A DNA stretch of 64,000 nt from Octopus vulgaris (taxonomy: Eukaryota), in the NCBI GenBank assembly GCA_951406725.2, contig OX597817.1, positions 142,538,001-142,602,000 of the forward strand, read 5' to 3'. Numbering within the stretch: position 1 is the stretch's first letter; each line of letters opens with the position of its first letter. The notes under the pieces were generated by a model. It saw nothing but the letters and a program-made list of their open reading frames with translations. It searched no databases and had not been told where the DNA came from. The position numbers and the translations under genes were made by a program. Positions 26,990-40,319 of the stretch are shown here, one piece after another.

Positions 26990-27049
26990 ACACATACACA
27001 CGCATAGATAGATAGGAAGATAGATAAACAGACAGACAGACAGACAGAC

Positions 27050-27082
<33 letters not shown>

Positions 27083-27118
27083 TAGATAAATAAATATACA
27101 TATACATACATACATGCA

Positions 27119-27149
<31 letters not shown>

Positions 27150-27415
27150 GTGTGTTTGTGTATGAATGTAAATATGTATGGATGTATGTATGTAAGTTTA
27201 TATGTAGATATATAGATAGATAGAGAGAAATATAGATATATAGATAAATATATATATATATATACATACATGCATGCATACATATATATGCGTGTTTGTG
27301 AATGAATGTATTTATGTATGGATGCATGTATGTATGTAAGTTTATATGTATATTTGTATAAGTAGATAGAAAGACAGATATATAGATAGATAGATAGATA
27401 GATAGATTGATATTG

Positions 27416-27457
<42 letters not shown>

Positions 27458-27578
27458 GTAATGATAAATAAATACACACACACACATATATATATATATA
27501 TACATACACACATACATATATGTATGTATGTATGTATGTACGTATGTATGTATGTATGTATGTATGTATGTATGTATG

Positions 27579-27609
<31 letters not shown>

Positions 27610-27625
27610 GTTTGCATGTATGTAC
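26990..27625. repeat. Compound (TAGA)n/(TACA)n/(TATG)n microsatellite
   Basis: Directly visible. Confidence 0.9.
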
Positions 27626-27824
27626 GAGCACATGCTTATAAAGCCGTAGATGAGAATTGATGCGCGGCATAGGTAGTAAGCTGTGTGATTACAATCAATT
27701 ATTAGCCAGGCTGTAATTGCATGATGAAAGCGAAGAAAAACAGCAGTCTTCAGTATTTTAACGAGGGTAAATACAAACTCTTCTATTCGTCGCCGTTTCA
27801 TTAACATCAACTCAGACATACACG

Positions 27825-27863
27825 TGGAATAACATTGGAATAACTTGGAATAACTTGGAATAA
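27825..27863 (+). repeat. 10-bp tandem repeat (TTGGAATAAC), about 4 copies
   Basis: ggaataacattggaataacttggaataacttggaataag. Confidence 0.8.
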
Positions 27864-28014
27864 GTGTGTGGGAAGAGGAGAGAAATAACAGAGAAAATTT
27901 CTCTATTTAATATCTTATATTTTCATAAAGGCACGCCTGAAAAAAATTCTTGATCACACTACACCATTATGGAAATAAGCACCCGTTACTGAGATTTTAC
28001 ACACACGCATATAC

Positions 28015-28077
<63 letters not shown>

Positions 28078-28526
28078 ACCAGCTTTCAACCAATTTTTAT
28101 AGTAAGTTATTTTAACCGCTTTAATTATTATATTGGGTGTGACTTTCTCTGTGTATAGAATATCATGAGGTTATCCTGAAATAGGAATTACAGTTCTATT
28201 GGTAAAATCCCAAATTTGTAATAATATATATATATATATATATATATTCATGTGTATAAGTATGTGAAAGCGGGTGGCCTAGTGGCTACGCATGTTGCGC
28301 TCATGATCGCAACCTTTAGAGTTCGATTCCTCGACCCAGCGCCGCACCGTGTTGCTTTAGTCCATTCAGTTGTAAACGGATAATCTTATGATGGCCTAGC
28401 CTTCCGATCAGGGTGTGGGAAATGTTGGCCAGCTCACCCACCCAACGGGTAGCATCATTTGAAAGCTAAAACGAAGTCAAGCGTTCTGATCATCCGATAG
28501 CCTGGTCAATCACGTGATACACACAC

Positions 28527-28582
<56 letters not shown>

Positions 28583-28710
28583 AAATATAACAACATAATG
28601 ATACCTCAATATGAGAGAAATTGAGGATTACTTATATATATCATAATTTAGAACATATAGTGCTATAAATACAACCTTTTACTACCTGTTCTAAATTATA
28701 ACATATATAT

Positions 28711-29082
28711 ATTCTTTTCTACTCTAAGCCAGTCGATTAGATCGCCCCAGTACACAACTGGTACTTAATCCCGAAAGGATGAAATTTGAACTCAGAACGT
28801 AAAGACAAACGAAATAACGCTAAGCATTTCGCCCGGCGTGCTAACGTTTCTTATTTCTTTATTGCCCACAAGGGGCTAAACATAGAGGGGACAGACAAGG
28901 ACAGACAAAGGGATTAAGTCGATTAGATCGACCCCAGTACACAACTGTTACTTAATTTATCGACCCCAAAAGGATGAAAGGCAAAGTTGACCTAGGCTGA
29001 ATTCGAACTCAGAACGTAAAGGCAGACGAAATACTGCCAAGCATTTCTCCCGGCGTGCTAACGATTCTGCCAGCTCGCCGCC
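28711..29082 (-). mobile_element. SINE family A dimer
   Basis: Same organisation as 6840-7275, with junction AAAGAAATAAGAAACGTTAGC. Confidence 0.85.
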
Positions 29083-29657
29083 TTGACAAACCAATATATT
29101 ACACACGGTAAATCGAGGTTTGTTCCCTGAAAATACACAATGACCCCAACAATAATACATGAATATATTTTACACGTTGAATATGCCAAATGCTGTTTTG
29201 TAAATATCACGATTACGTAATTATGTAGATATAATCACATGTAAATATATAAATGAATAACACAATTATGTAACAGATATGGATATATTGGAGCGAAAAA
29301 TCTATCTATAAATATCGGATCTAATTCTCGGTTACCTACATACGAGTAGGACATTCTGAAAGACTGTTGGATAAGTTTTACTGATGTGTGAAGTGTGGGA
29401 TTTAATTTTTAGGGTAAGGCCCCCAAATATATGAAGGTGATTAGCGGAGGACATTTGATGGCGTTGATGGGACACGAGGCAAGTAAAAATCTCACAAACG
29501 TGTTTGTGTTAGCCTTGTTGGTGTTTTTATTGTTGTTGTTGTTGATGTTACGTAGCGCTCATGGCAACATAATTTAAAGCGTTCTATACTCGAAGTCATT
29601 TCCACCATAAGCCCTCCTTACTTTTTTCATGCATCTAAGGCTACGTCATCGAATTTG

Positions 29658-29802
29658 CTGTTGTTGTTGTTGTTGTTTGTCTTCTTCTTCTTCTTCTTCT
29701 TCTTCTTCTTCTTCTTCTTCTTCTTCTTCTTCTTCTTCTTCTTCTTCTTCTTCTTCTTCTTCTTCTTCTTCTTCCTTTCTTCTTCTTCTTCCTTTCTTCT
29801 TC
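29658..29802. repeat. (TTG)n/(TTC)n microsatellite
   Basis: Directly visible. Confidence 0.95.
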
Positions 29803-30116
29803 TTACAGAAGTCGGACAGGGGAAATTTGGCTGTTATTTCTAGCAGAGCGAGTTTCCCTCGCTGTCTATCAGTGTGTATGCAAGTATGTATACACACATA
29901 TATACGTACATACATACAAATATACATACATAATAGATGTATACATGAAAAGCTACATGCATGTGTGTGGATGCATATATGCATGAGTATATGTATATGT
30001 ATGCATGTATATATATTTATATGTATATATATATATGTATTTGTGTATGCGTATGCATTTGTATATATATGTGTGTGTGCATGTGTGTGTGTGTGCGTGT
30101 GTGTGTGTGTGTGTGG

Positions 30117-30490
30117 AGGTGGTTAGGGCAGCGGACCCGCGGTATTAGGGTTGCGGTTTCGATTCCCAGACCGGGCGTTGTGAGTATTTATTGAGCAAAA
30201 ACACCTGAAGCTCCACGAGTCTTCGGCAGGGGGGGGGGGAGGGAAACCTGCTGTACTCTTTCACCACAACTTTACTTTCTCTCACTCTTTTTCCCTGTTT
30301 CTGTTGTACCTGTATTTCAAAGGAGCCAGCCATGTCACATTCTGTATCACGCCGAATCTCCCTGAGAAATACATTAAGGGTACATGTGTCTGTGGAGTGC
30401 TCAGCCACTTGCATGTTAATTTCCCAAGCAGGCTGTTCCATTGATCGGATCAACTGGAACCTGCGTCGTCGCAACCGACGGTGTGCCACC
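30117..30490 (+). mobile_element. SINE family C full copy
   Basis: GGTTAGGGCAGCGG...GGTTTCGATTCCC head and the shared tail. Confidence 0.85.
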
Positions 30491-30494
30491 AATA

Positions 30495-30529
<35 letters not shown>

Positions 30530-31207
30530 ATGCATACCTTATGTAGTATGTAGTATTATTGATTTTGCCTACATAAATCAATAACTATGAAAATATAAGC
30601 AATAACTAAAACGAAATATACGCGTTACACTGGTGCACACACACACACATAGGAACACAAATATACACACGCACGCATGCGTACACACACATTATATATT
30701 CACATATCCAACTGCACACATGCATACAAACACACATATTGACATATACCAACCTTCCTTTCTCTTTCTCTCTCTCCTACCTGTCTTTGTATGCAAAAAG
30801 CTAAGTTACGGACGAGTGGACACTACATTGAAAAACCATTTCATCTGTTAAAACCTGTAGTAGGTGCTTCGTGTGTGTTGCTGAGCAGATCATTCCGCCA
30901 ACAACCAACAGTTTGATAGAATTGATCACATGACAGTCAGGTGAACGTCCCACGCTAGTAAAGATGCAATACGGTTTCGATTTCGGACGACACACTTCTC
31001 TATTATTGTATCACGCATTTGGTGAACAATGGCATCGTGTGTCAGAGATGGTTTTCGGCGTCTCATTCCTCGGTTTGTTAGCATCTAAGGCGGAAGCAAG
31101 AAGGGACAACTATGCACATTAGCCAGCATGTTTCTAATATTTATTTTTGTTCGACGCGCTGGTCTATGAGAGAATTTCTCGGTCTCACACACACACACGC
31201 ATATCTC

Positions 31208-31296
<89 letters not shown>

Positions 31297-31357
31297 ACAT
31301 ACATATATCCACATACATATATATCTATATCTATCTATCAATCTATGTATCTATCTA

Positions 31358-31510
31358 GCTGAAATTTACGGGAAAATAACAGACGAAGACAGGCGTATAA
31401 ACAAGCAAATGTATTAGTTTGACGCTCGGAAAGGTGAGAAAGTCTTTTAAGTTTCGAGCCTACACTCTTCAACAGAAAGGAGCACGTAGATATAAACAGA
31501 AAGAAAGAGA
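31358..31510 (-). mobile_element. Second copy of the CUGUUGA-hammerhead repeat
   Basis: Minus strand: CTTT CTGTTGA A GAGT GTAG GCTC GAAAC TTA AAAG (31443-31479); flanks homologous to 22575-22672. Confidence 0.65.
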
Positions 31511-31521
31511 ATGTATCTATC

Positions 31522-31559
<38 letters not shown>

Positions 31560-32689
31560 AATTCCTCTCTTGTAACAAGACTTTCACAAGGCACCGATCG
31601 TCAGGCAAAGACGAGAATTATATTGCTGTTGAACCCCTTAAATCGATGAGAATGCTATAACGCGGGCATTTTCGTTTGACGACACCACTGATTTCTGGTT
31701 ACGGCTGAAAACAATAATGCTTCTGCTAATTAGCGACATTAAACATGAAACATTGTGGTGGCCTGTTTATTTTGTTTATTCATTTATTTATATTTGGAGT
31801 CTTCCGAGGATACATTCAAATGAAATGACACCGGCTAAAGTGTACTTGCAGATCGAAAAAATTACATAAACCTATATTTTCCATCATATGTAGAGCATTC
31901 ACTTTTACATGTATCTACAGACAGTAGCGCTTCAACTTATTATCCATGTGTGTGTTTATATGTGTGTGGAAGTTTGTGTCAGTGTGTATATATATTTGTT
32001 TATAGTATTGATTTATATATTAATTTTTTTCAATGGATTCTATAAATTTCTTTTCCCCAAATATCTTTCATAAGAGTTTCACAGTTCCATAACTCCATCC
32101 CAATGGCTAGCCTTCCATTTTCGAGACACGTAATTCATTTACAGGAATAAGTTCTTTTCTTAATGTCCATTTCTTACGAATATTGCTTATGTAATGGGAG
32201 TGGACAATCTATATACATACAGACAGACATCTTACGCCACATCGCCTCGATAAACAGCAAAGATTTCATAAGAAGCACAGTGACATTACTATCCCAGTTC
32301 TGAGTTATTCCTCATATATATACATGTATACTTCATCACTCCGACCAAGAAACAAAAAACGCGTTGGGATTCAAAGAGATTTATAATAAACGACGACACC
32401 AGAATATGTCTGGTATTGCTGCATGCATCACTGTTGAGAACGTAGAGAAAAATGAATCCCAAAGTTATTTCAAAGTAGAAAATAAAAATGGCTATGTGCT
32501 TAAAACGCTTGCTTTGCACCCAACATAATTCCCGTTTCAGTTTCACTGTGAACACATAGGGCAAGTGTTTTCTACAATAGTCTATACTGTATACTATATA
32601 CAGGAAACTTTTTGTACTACTTCTGTACGCCACTTTACTCGAATAATGGAACTGCAACTAGAATGTTTTATATCTTATTTCTACTTTCA

Positions 32690-32905
32690 TTCTCTTATTT
32701 TCCTCTATATTCCCTATCTCTTACTTTTTCACAATAATTCCTTATTTCGAACTCAAACATTTACCTCTATTTAATCAACTCTGATGAAGGTATATCCATA
32801 ATATCTCAGAAACAGCTGTAGGAACATATCTATATCTCTTTCCTTATAACTGTCCTGAAAACTCCTCACAGCCTTGTCTTTGTTATCTCTTTTGTCTTTT
32901 ATATA

Positions 32906-32941
<36 letters not shown>

Positions 32942-33150
32942 AAATGAGATAACAAGGCCAAGGCAATGTGATGTTTGTAGGACATTTATAAAGAAAAAAG
33001 TGGCCTTACAGTTGTTTCAGGGAGATAAATGACATTCCATCATCAGAGAGGGGTTAAGATGTTTTCGATAGAAGGAAGTAGTAGCGTTCAATATATAAGA
33101 AATTATTTCGGAGAGAGATAGAGATAGTATAAAAGAAAACATGAAAATAA
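32690..33150. mobile_element. Tail-to-tail pair of Penelope-LTR-like repeats with hammerhead motifs around a (TA)n tract
   Basis: Plus: CTGATGA(32781)...GAAACAGCTGTA(32809-32820). Minus: CTGATGA...GAAACAACTGTA (33003-33050). The tails GCCTTGTCTTTGTTATCTC / GAGATAACAAGGCCAAGGC face the TA tract at 32900-32940. Confidence 0.65.
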
Positions 33151-33383
33151 AAATATATGCTGGATGTAAAGTTACTGTTTCGTTATCCGAGGAATGAGCT
33201 GTGTAGAATAATAGGTAAAGAGGCTTCTTGTCCATGGTGTGTAAATTCAGGTTATACGAGTGGTTTATGAAACGACTTGAACCTCAAAAAAACAAAAAAA
33301 AAACATGCTAAATGACTTCTGATGAATGTACAAGACTTCAAGGCTCAAAAGCCTTGAAGTCTTAAAACATTTCGTACACCCCT

Positions 33384-33421
<38 letters not shown>

Positions 33422-33713
33422 CTCATGAGGATGGAAGGCAAGGCTGACCTCGACGGAATTTTTACTCCAGAACATAAAAATAACCAAAATACCGCTAAGC
33501 ATTTCGTCCGGTAATCGAAGGATTTCTCCCGACTTTCTTGAAACACTAATATTTAAATAAAATTCTTACTGATGATGCCGGAATGTGCTGGATATATCAA
33601 ATACATTCACTGGACAGTGAGCAGAATATATGTTGGCGTTTGGTTACAATCACTTACATTCAGAGTTTACAGTCTGTCGGAGCTGACCGAGTCTTTTGTT
33701 CCTCTCAGCTCTA

Positions 33714-33765
<52 letters not shown>

Positions 33766-34639
33766 AGTATATAGAATGTAATTGGGCTGCTTCAATCGAT
33801 TATCCCTCTCAGTCAAAGTGTTTTGGGTTGTGCAACAATACAATCTATTATTTGTGCCAGGCAAAAATTCGATATATACATTTAGAAAAATACTGCTATG
33901 CTCAAATATTGATCTGACCACGAAAGGCTTTATACTTGTTCGGTTGGGGAGCACTGGCATGTTTCATTGTCCATGCCTTTACAAAGGTCATTAATGGTTT
34001 AAGTGATGGGAATGACTTCAACTTTGTTAGGAGACTACATTAGTCTCTCAGCTAGCTTAGAAATTAAATCTTGCTCCACATCATCTGTTATTGTCTGCAC
34101 TGCTCGATCGCGTTTACTTCCATCCACACTGCAAAGAAGTTATTCTTTTACAATGTTTATTGATTAGATTAGTTTAGTCACATTTACAAGAAGGAGAATG
34201 TATTACTGTTCCCTTTTTAGAAAATATTTATTCTACACCAGTTACCTTAATTATGACTTCTACAGTCAAGGGAGATGTAAATTTAATTTTTTTCCTTTAT
34301 TTTTCCGTTTTTATTCACCCTTTGTCTTCTCATTCCATTTATGGCATCAATATTCTACTCGTTTTTTTCTCGCAGTTTCTCATATACCAGCATTCTAAAC
34401 CACGTTATAAAAATCTGCCTCACCACGTGTCTCCTTGGCAAGAAACTCTCAGTAGCGCCTGTTTTAATACGTTACTCTTCTACTCTTTTACTTGCTTCAG
34501 TCATTTGACTACGGCCATGCTGGAGCACCGTCTTTAGTCGAGCTAATCGACGTTGTGTATTAAATGATATTTGTCCCTCACTGGATGGAAGACACTTTAA
34601 CCTACTTTAATGTGGAACGGTGTTAAATATATATTATAT

Positions 34640-34695
<56 letters not shown>

Positions 34696-34724
34696 TACAT
34701 ACATATATATATATATATACATAC

Positions 34725-34765
<41 letters not shown>

Positions 34766-34768
34766 TAT

Positions 34769-34833
<65 letters not shown>

Positions 34834-34998
34834 AGACAGCCGACAAGTAATGGAGTGTCTTTCTTTATGGTATCTATCCTGTTTCCCATTTGTTTCTCTC
34901 GTTGTTTGCGTATTGAACTCATATGTTTTCGTATTTCATGTCGTTTACTGTTGGTGACGTCCTGTACCCATATATGCATATGTATATACATATATACA

Positions 34999-35066
<68 letters not shown>

Positions 35067-35150
35067 CCAGGGGAGTGACAAGTTCGAAAAGAAGTTATGT
35101 CTGGACACTTATTATAAGGGAATCAAGGATAAGTCTGAGAATGAATAAAT

Positions 35151-35260
35151 ATTTAATCCATAATCGTTAATCCAAACAAGCAAATATTATTCTGTTTCAC
35201 ATAGCACTTATCGGTGAAACAGATAAATATTCAGTCGGATTAACGATTACGGGTTAAAAT
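35151..35260. repeat. Imperfect hairpin (fold-back 1)
   Basis: TTTAATCCATAATCGTTAATCC / GGATTAACGATTACGGGTTAAA; inner arms TCTGTTTCAC / GTGAAACAGA. Confidence 0.8.
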
Positions 35261-35282
35261 CATTATATAAATACACACACAC

Positions 35283-35320
<38 letters not shown>

Positions 35321-35324
<4 letters not shown>

Positions 35325-35610
35325 AATATAAAGTGTGAAAAACGACAGAAGGTTAAATGTTAAAAGATATATATATTTGAAAATTCTGAGAATATTGTTT
35401 TTTCCTTCCTTAAAATGACATAATTTTTAAATTTTTAAAGAATATGTGTTTTCAAATTTCTTGTGACGTCACAAGAAATTTGAAAAGCTGTAATTTCTTT
35501 AAAAATTTAAAATTATGTGTTTTTCCAATATTCTCCAGACATTTTGACACAAATATATATATCTTTTAACATTTAAGCCTTCTGTCGTTTTTTCACACTT
35601 TACATTTTCT
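35321..35610. repeat. 290-bp palindrome with a loop-less 38-bp perfect core (fold-back 2)
   Basis: TTTTCAAATTTCTTGTGAC|GTCACAAGAAATTTGAAAA (35449-35486); outer arms AAAGTGTGAAAAACGACAGAAGG / CCTTCTGTCGTTTTTTCACACTTT. Confidence 0.9.
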
Positions 35611-35649
35611 TATATATTCACCCATGCTTTACAAACAAACTTTCTTATC

Positions 35650-35696
<47 letters not shown>

Positions 35697-35785
35697 ATGT
35701 GTGTGTATGTGTACACTCATATATACATACACTCAATCTATTATATCTATTTCTATATACATACATACATATACACAATATATAT

Positions 35786-35929
<144 letters not shown>

Positions 35930-35987
35930 CAATCATATCAAGTGGCACCATGTGAAGGAAAAACTTATAGGTTATAATAATTATTAA

Positions 35988-36121
35988 AATTATCAATAAG
36001 GGTATCTAAGAGATGCCACCATGCTTGAAATAGCAGTCAAAACCTGACTATAGTTTTAGAGTCAAGTCTTGATTGCTATTTCAAGCATGGGGGTATCTCT
36101 TAGATACCCTTATTGATAATT
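35988..36121. repeat. 134-bp hairpin (fold-back 3)
   Basis: AATTATCAATAAGGGTATCTAAGAGAT / ATCTCTTAGATACCCTTATTGATAATT and CCATGCTTGAAATAGCA / TGCTATTTCAAGCATGG. Confidence 0.9.
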
Positions 36122-36154
36122 ATATATACATATATAATACACACACGTATTTAT

Positions 36155-36250
<96 letters not shown>

Positions 36251-36358
36251 AAATTTAAAATGAAGGTGAGAAATTAGATATCAATTTAATTAACATCGAT
36301 TTCACACTAGTGGTCTAGCATATAAAAAAACTGAAGGTTCAGTAAAATTGTATAATAT

Positions 36359-36554
36359 ACCCTTATGCTAGAAATAGATCCGCTTTGATCTTACCACTAA
36401 GAAATGTTCTCAGGAAAAATTCAACAAAACAACCAAAACGTAATCGAGCAAGGCAAAAGAAAAAAGCGCTTTTTCTTTTGTCTCGCTCGATTACGTTTCT
36501 TGAGAACATTTCGTAGTGGTAAGACCATAGCGGATCTATTTCTAGCATAAGGGT
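36359..36554. repeat. ~196-bp hairpin (fold-back 4)
   Basis: 26-bp perfect outer arm ACCCTTATGCTAGAAATAGATCCGCT; inner ACGTAATCGAGC / GCTCGATTACGT; centre AGCGCT. Confidence 0.9.
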
Positions 36555-36572
36555 GTCCACATAGTGGTTTCC

Positions 36573-36638
<66 letters not shown>

Positions 36639-36964
36639 CGCTGTTGTTGTTCTCCCGTTGTTATCTTAAGAGCTGTTTTATCGCGATTCATTGATTGCGT
36701 GAGAGCTATAACAAAGCAGTTGAACGACCTGCATTCGATCTGATAATACGCGAAGCAGTTTTAAAATTTTATGTTTATTGTTTTCTTTAAGAACGGTAAT
36801 GGTAGTGGTGATGATGCTGGTGGTGGTGGTGGTGGTGGTGGTGGTTTAAGACTGGTTAACAATCACAGAATTACTAATTCAAGTTAGAAATTGCGATAGG
36901 AAAGTTGGTGGTGGTGGTGATGGTGGTGCTGGTGATGGTGGTGCTGGTGGTTGTGATGATTTTT

Positions 36965-37049
36965 GGCAGTGGTGCACGTGGCAGTGGTGCACGTGGCAGT
37001 GGTGCACGTGGCAGTGGTGCACGTGGCAGTGGTGCACGTGGCAGTGGTG
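36965..37049 (+). repeat. 15-bp minisatellite (GGCAGTGGTGCACGT), 5 full copies plus a partial, inside a (GGT)n field
   Basis: Perfect units start at 36965, 36980, 36995, 37010 and 37025. Confidence 0.95.
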
Positions 37050-37379
37050 TTGGTGGTGTACTATGGGTCGTGTACGGTTTTCTCAGTACGGTTGTGGTGA
37101 TGGTTGTAGTGATGTTGGTAATGGCGCCTTCGTTGTTGTTGCTGCTGCTGCTGCTGCTGCTGGTGGGTGCTGCGCGTTGGTGTTGTTGGTTGTGGGGTGG
37201 GGTGACGATACCGGTGGTAATAACAATACTGGAAGTGCTAGATCTTGAGATCTTGAGGTGACGGCGATGATAAACACCGTTTCATAATTGAACGCACGCA
37301 ACCGTAAAAATTGTCACTTGACTAACATTGCTAATATTAGTGTCAAGCAGGGTCAAGGACTGCAGGTTTGAGCGAGGGG

Positions 37380-37549
37380 TTACGGTCAATTACATAGACC
37401 CCAGTGAGCAACAGGTACTTGTGTTATCGATTCGAAAGGATGAAACGCAAAAGTCGACCTCGGCGGAATTTGAACTCAGAACATGGCAGCAGACGATATA
37501 CCGCTAAGCATTTTTCCCGGAGTGCTTACGGTTCTGCCAGCTTGCCGCC

Positions 37550-37550
<1 letters not shown>
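37380..37550 (-). mobile_element. SINE family A copy
   Basis: GTCGACCTCGGCGGAATTTGAACTCAGAAC...CTGCCAGCTTGCCGCC. Confidence 0.8.
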
Positions 37551-37607
<57 letters not shown>

Positions 37608-38158
37608 AGAAGACGACGACGAAGATGAAAGAAAGAAAGGAAGAAAGAAAGAAAGAAAGAAAAAAGAATGAATGAATGAAAGAAAGAAAGAAAGAAAGAA
37701 AGAGAGAAAGAAAGAACGAAGGAAACAAACAAGCAAAGAAACGAGTTCCTGAAGCGCAAAGGAGGCTAACTTCAGAGCTGGCTAATTTCAACGAAGAAGG
37801 CAGACCGTAAGGTAGAGAGCCAGGGAGAAAAATAGAATTAAGTTGATAACTGGTTGATCGGTGAATGGGAAATGACAGTTGCACGGTTGGGTGGCGGCCG
37901 ACAGTGAGAAATGCAGTTATCGATTAGTTCCCTAGTCAATAATGAATGTATTTATGGCGTTAGCGTGCGTGCACCTGAAGCGATATGGTGAGAGTCGATA
38001 TGAATTTCTGTCTTGATGACCAACAACATATTAATACCGACCAATGTTTATAAACATTTAATGTTTGTCATTGTCTCTAAGCATTCCATACTGGGACTGT
38101 CAATTGGAGTTATAACAGAGTGACTCAGATAAAGCTATGAAACTCCGTATGACAGGAT

Positions 38159-38228
<70 letters not shown>

Positions 38229-38297
38229 ATATACACACACACATATATATATATATATATACATATATATATACATACATACATACATACATACATA

Positions 38298-38386
<89 letters not shown>

Positions 38387-39022
38387 AAAAGTAAGCGAAA
38401 ATGCACATTGGAAATCAAAAATAGTAAAGGCTTTTTATGAAAAGTAACGATAGATATATACAATTAGATGAACTGAGGTAGGAATAAAAGTAATAAAAGT
38501 CATTATTGTAAATTGTTAGAGAGATCCAAAAGCATACCGGTTTCACAGAATTATTGATCACTGCTTTGAATGCGCACCGATTACCAAACGGTGTCGGGTC
38601 TACTAGTCTCTGAGTAAAAAGATTATGTGTAAGAGCGGTAAGTAGTTCTGGATTTGGTGCAATTAGGGTAGATATAATTCTGTAAGGTGAATGTGGTATG
38701 GGATGTATGGGTGGTATTAATTGAAAGGTTAATAGTGTTCTGTATTAAGTTATGTGTTCATATTGAGTTGTGGTAGATATTTATTGATATTTGTATATAT
38801 ATATATATATTTACTTACAAGCTCAACAAAGGTGTACGTAAGCAGCTATATGTATATATAAATCCCCCCCCCCTCAAAAAAAAAACGAAAAAAGAATGTA
38901 ACGGACGACAATAAACATACGGACAGATGGCCGATACAAAAATAGACAGGAAATTCGTGACGGAACATTCATGGCTTTCTATTCATCAGTCAAGCTGCCA
39001 ATCATCATTACAGTTTCGATAT

Positions 39023-39074
<52 letters not shown>

Positions 39075-40089
39075 TTATGTATAAATACACACGCAAACTT
39101 GTATTCTTGTTACTACGCCCGCGAATCGTTTATTTATTTAAAGAGATAACTCACTTTTTTCTGTGATAGTTCTCTCCCTCTCTTTCCCTCTGTTTATCTC
39201 TCTCTCTCTCTCTCTCTCACTCTCTCTCTATGCTCCCTTCTCTCTATATATACACACACACACACACACACATACACATATATATAGTCACTCTGTTCTA
39301 TTTAAGAAGGCTTGATAAAAAAGTTTCATTTTATCTATAAATACATACGTGTGTGTGCGTGTGTGTAGAATATATGAGAGATAAAGAGAGTAAGTGAGTT
39401 CCCCATTTTTTACTATTTTTAGTCAAGGGACTGCGGCCATACAGGGGCACTACGTTGAAGTATTTTAGTCGAACGAATCGCTCCCAGTACTTTCTTCAAA
39501 TCTAGAATTTATTCTGTCCGTTTCTTTTGCCGAAAGCGTTAAGTTACGAGGATGTAAACAAACCAACAACGATTTTGAAGCGGTGGGAAAAACACAGACA
39601 CATAGACGTCCCAAATTCTGTCTCTCCGTTTTCCATCCTTCAAAATCTTTTCCAAGCGTTATCCACTATTCTCGTCTCCTTGACCCCAAGGACGTATTTT
39701 GTTCGATGTTTGTCCTCGTCCACCGCCCTAAATCACACTCAGTGTCATCTTGCATGTTATTTTTTTTTCGTTTTGTTTGCTCTTGTCCTTAATTCTACGC
39801 AAGAAAACTGTTATTTTGCGAGCACTGACAATTTGGAAGCCCTCGGTCTTATCGTTAAGGGGGCGAAACTGAAGAATACGATTGGTCGATAACTGATGAA
39901 GAATTATAGGGTTTCTGTTTGTATCCCGTTCGTTTCTACATTCAGTATATGTTACGGCGTTTGTTTATACATTGTTTTCATTTATCACACATACACACAT
40001 TTATAGGTATACATATACATACATGCCTACATATAGACATACATACATCATACAGACATACATTCATGCATAAATACATACATACATAA

Positions 40090-40188
<99 letters not shown>

Positions 40189-40319
40189 CGTGTGTGTGAG
40201 TGTGTGTGGAGGCGCAACAGCCCAGTGGTTAGGGCAGCAGATTTCGATTTCCAGACCGGGCGTTGTGAGTGTTTGTTGAGAGAAAACACGTAAAGCTTCA
40301 CGTATATATATATATATAT

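Noticed and set aside
30800-31135. Non-repetitive, relatively GC-rich patch as a possible exon
   Set aside because: No convincing ORF, motif or paired splice sites on either strand.
36905-37261. Membrane-protein-like ORF with GSGAR repeats
   Set aside because: Arises from (GGT)n, (GCT)n and the 15-bp minisatellite.
39825-39905. GCCCT/AGGGGGC-GAAAC stem with a downstream CTGATGA
   Set aside because: Core elements are not in a workable order or spacing; at most a decayed relic.
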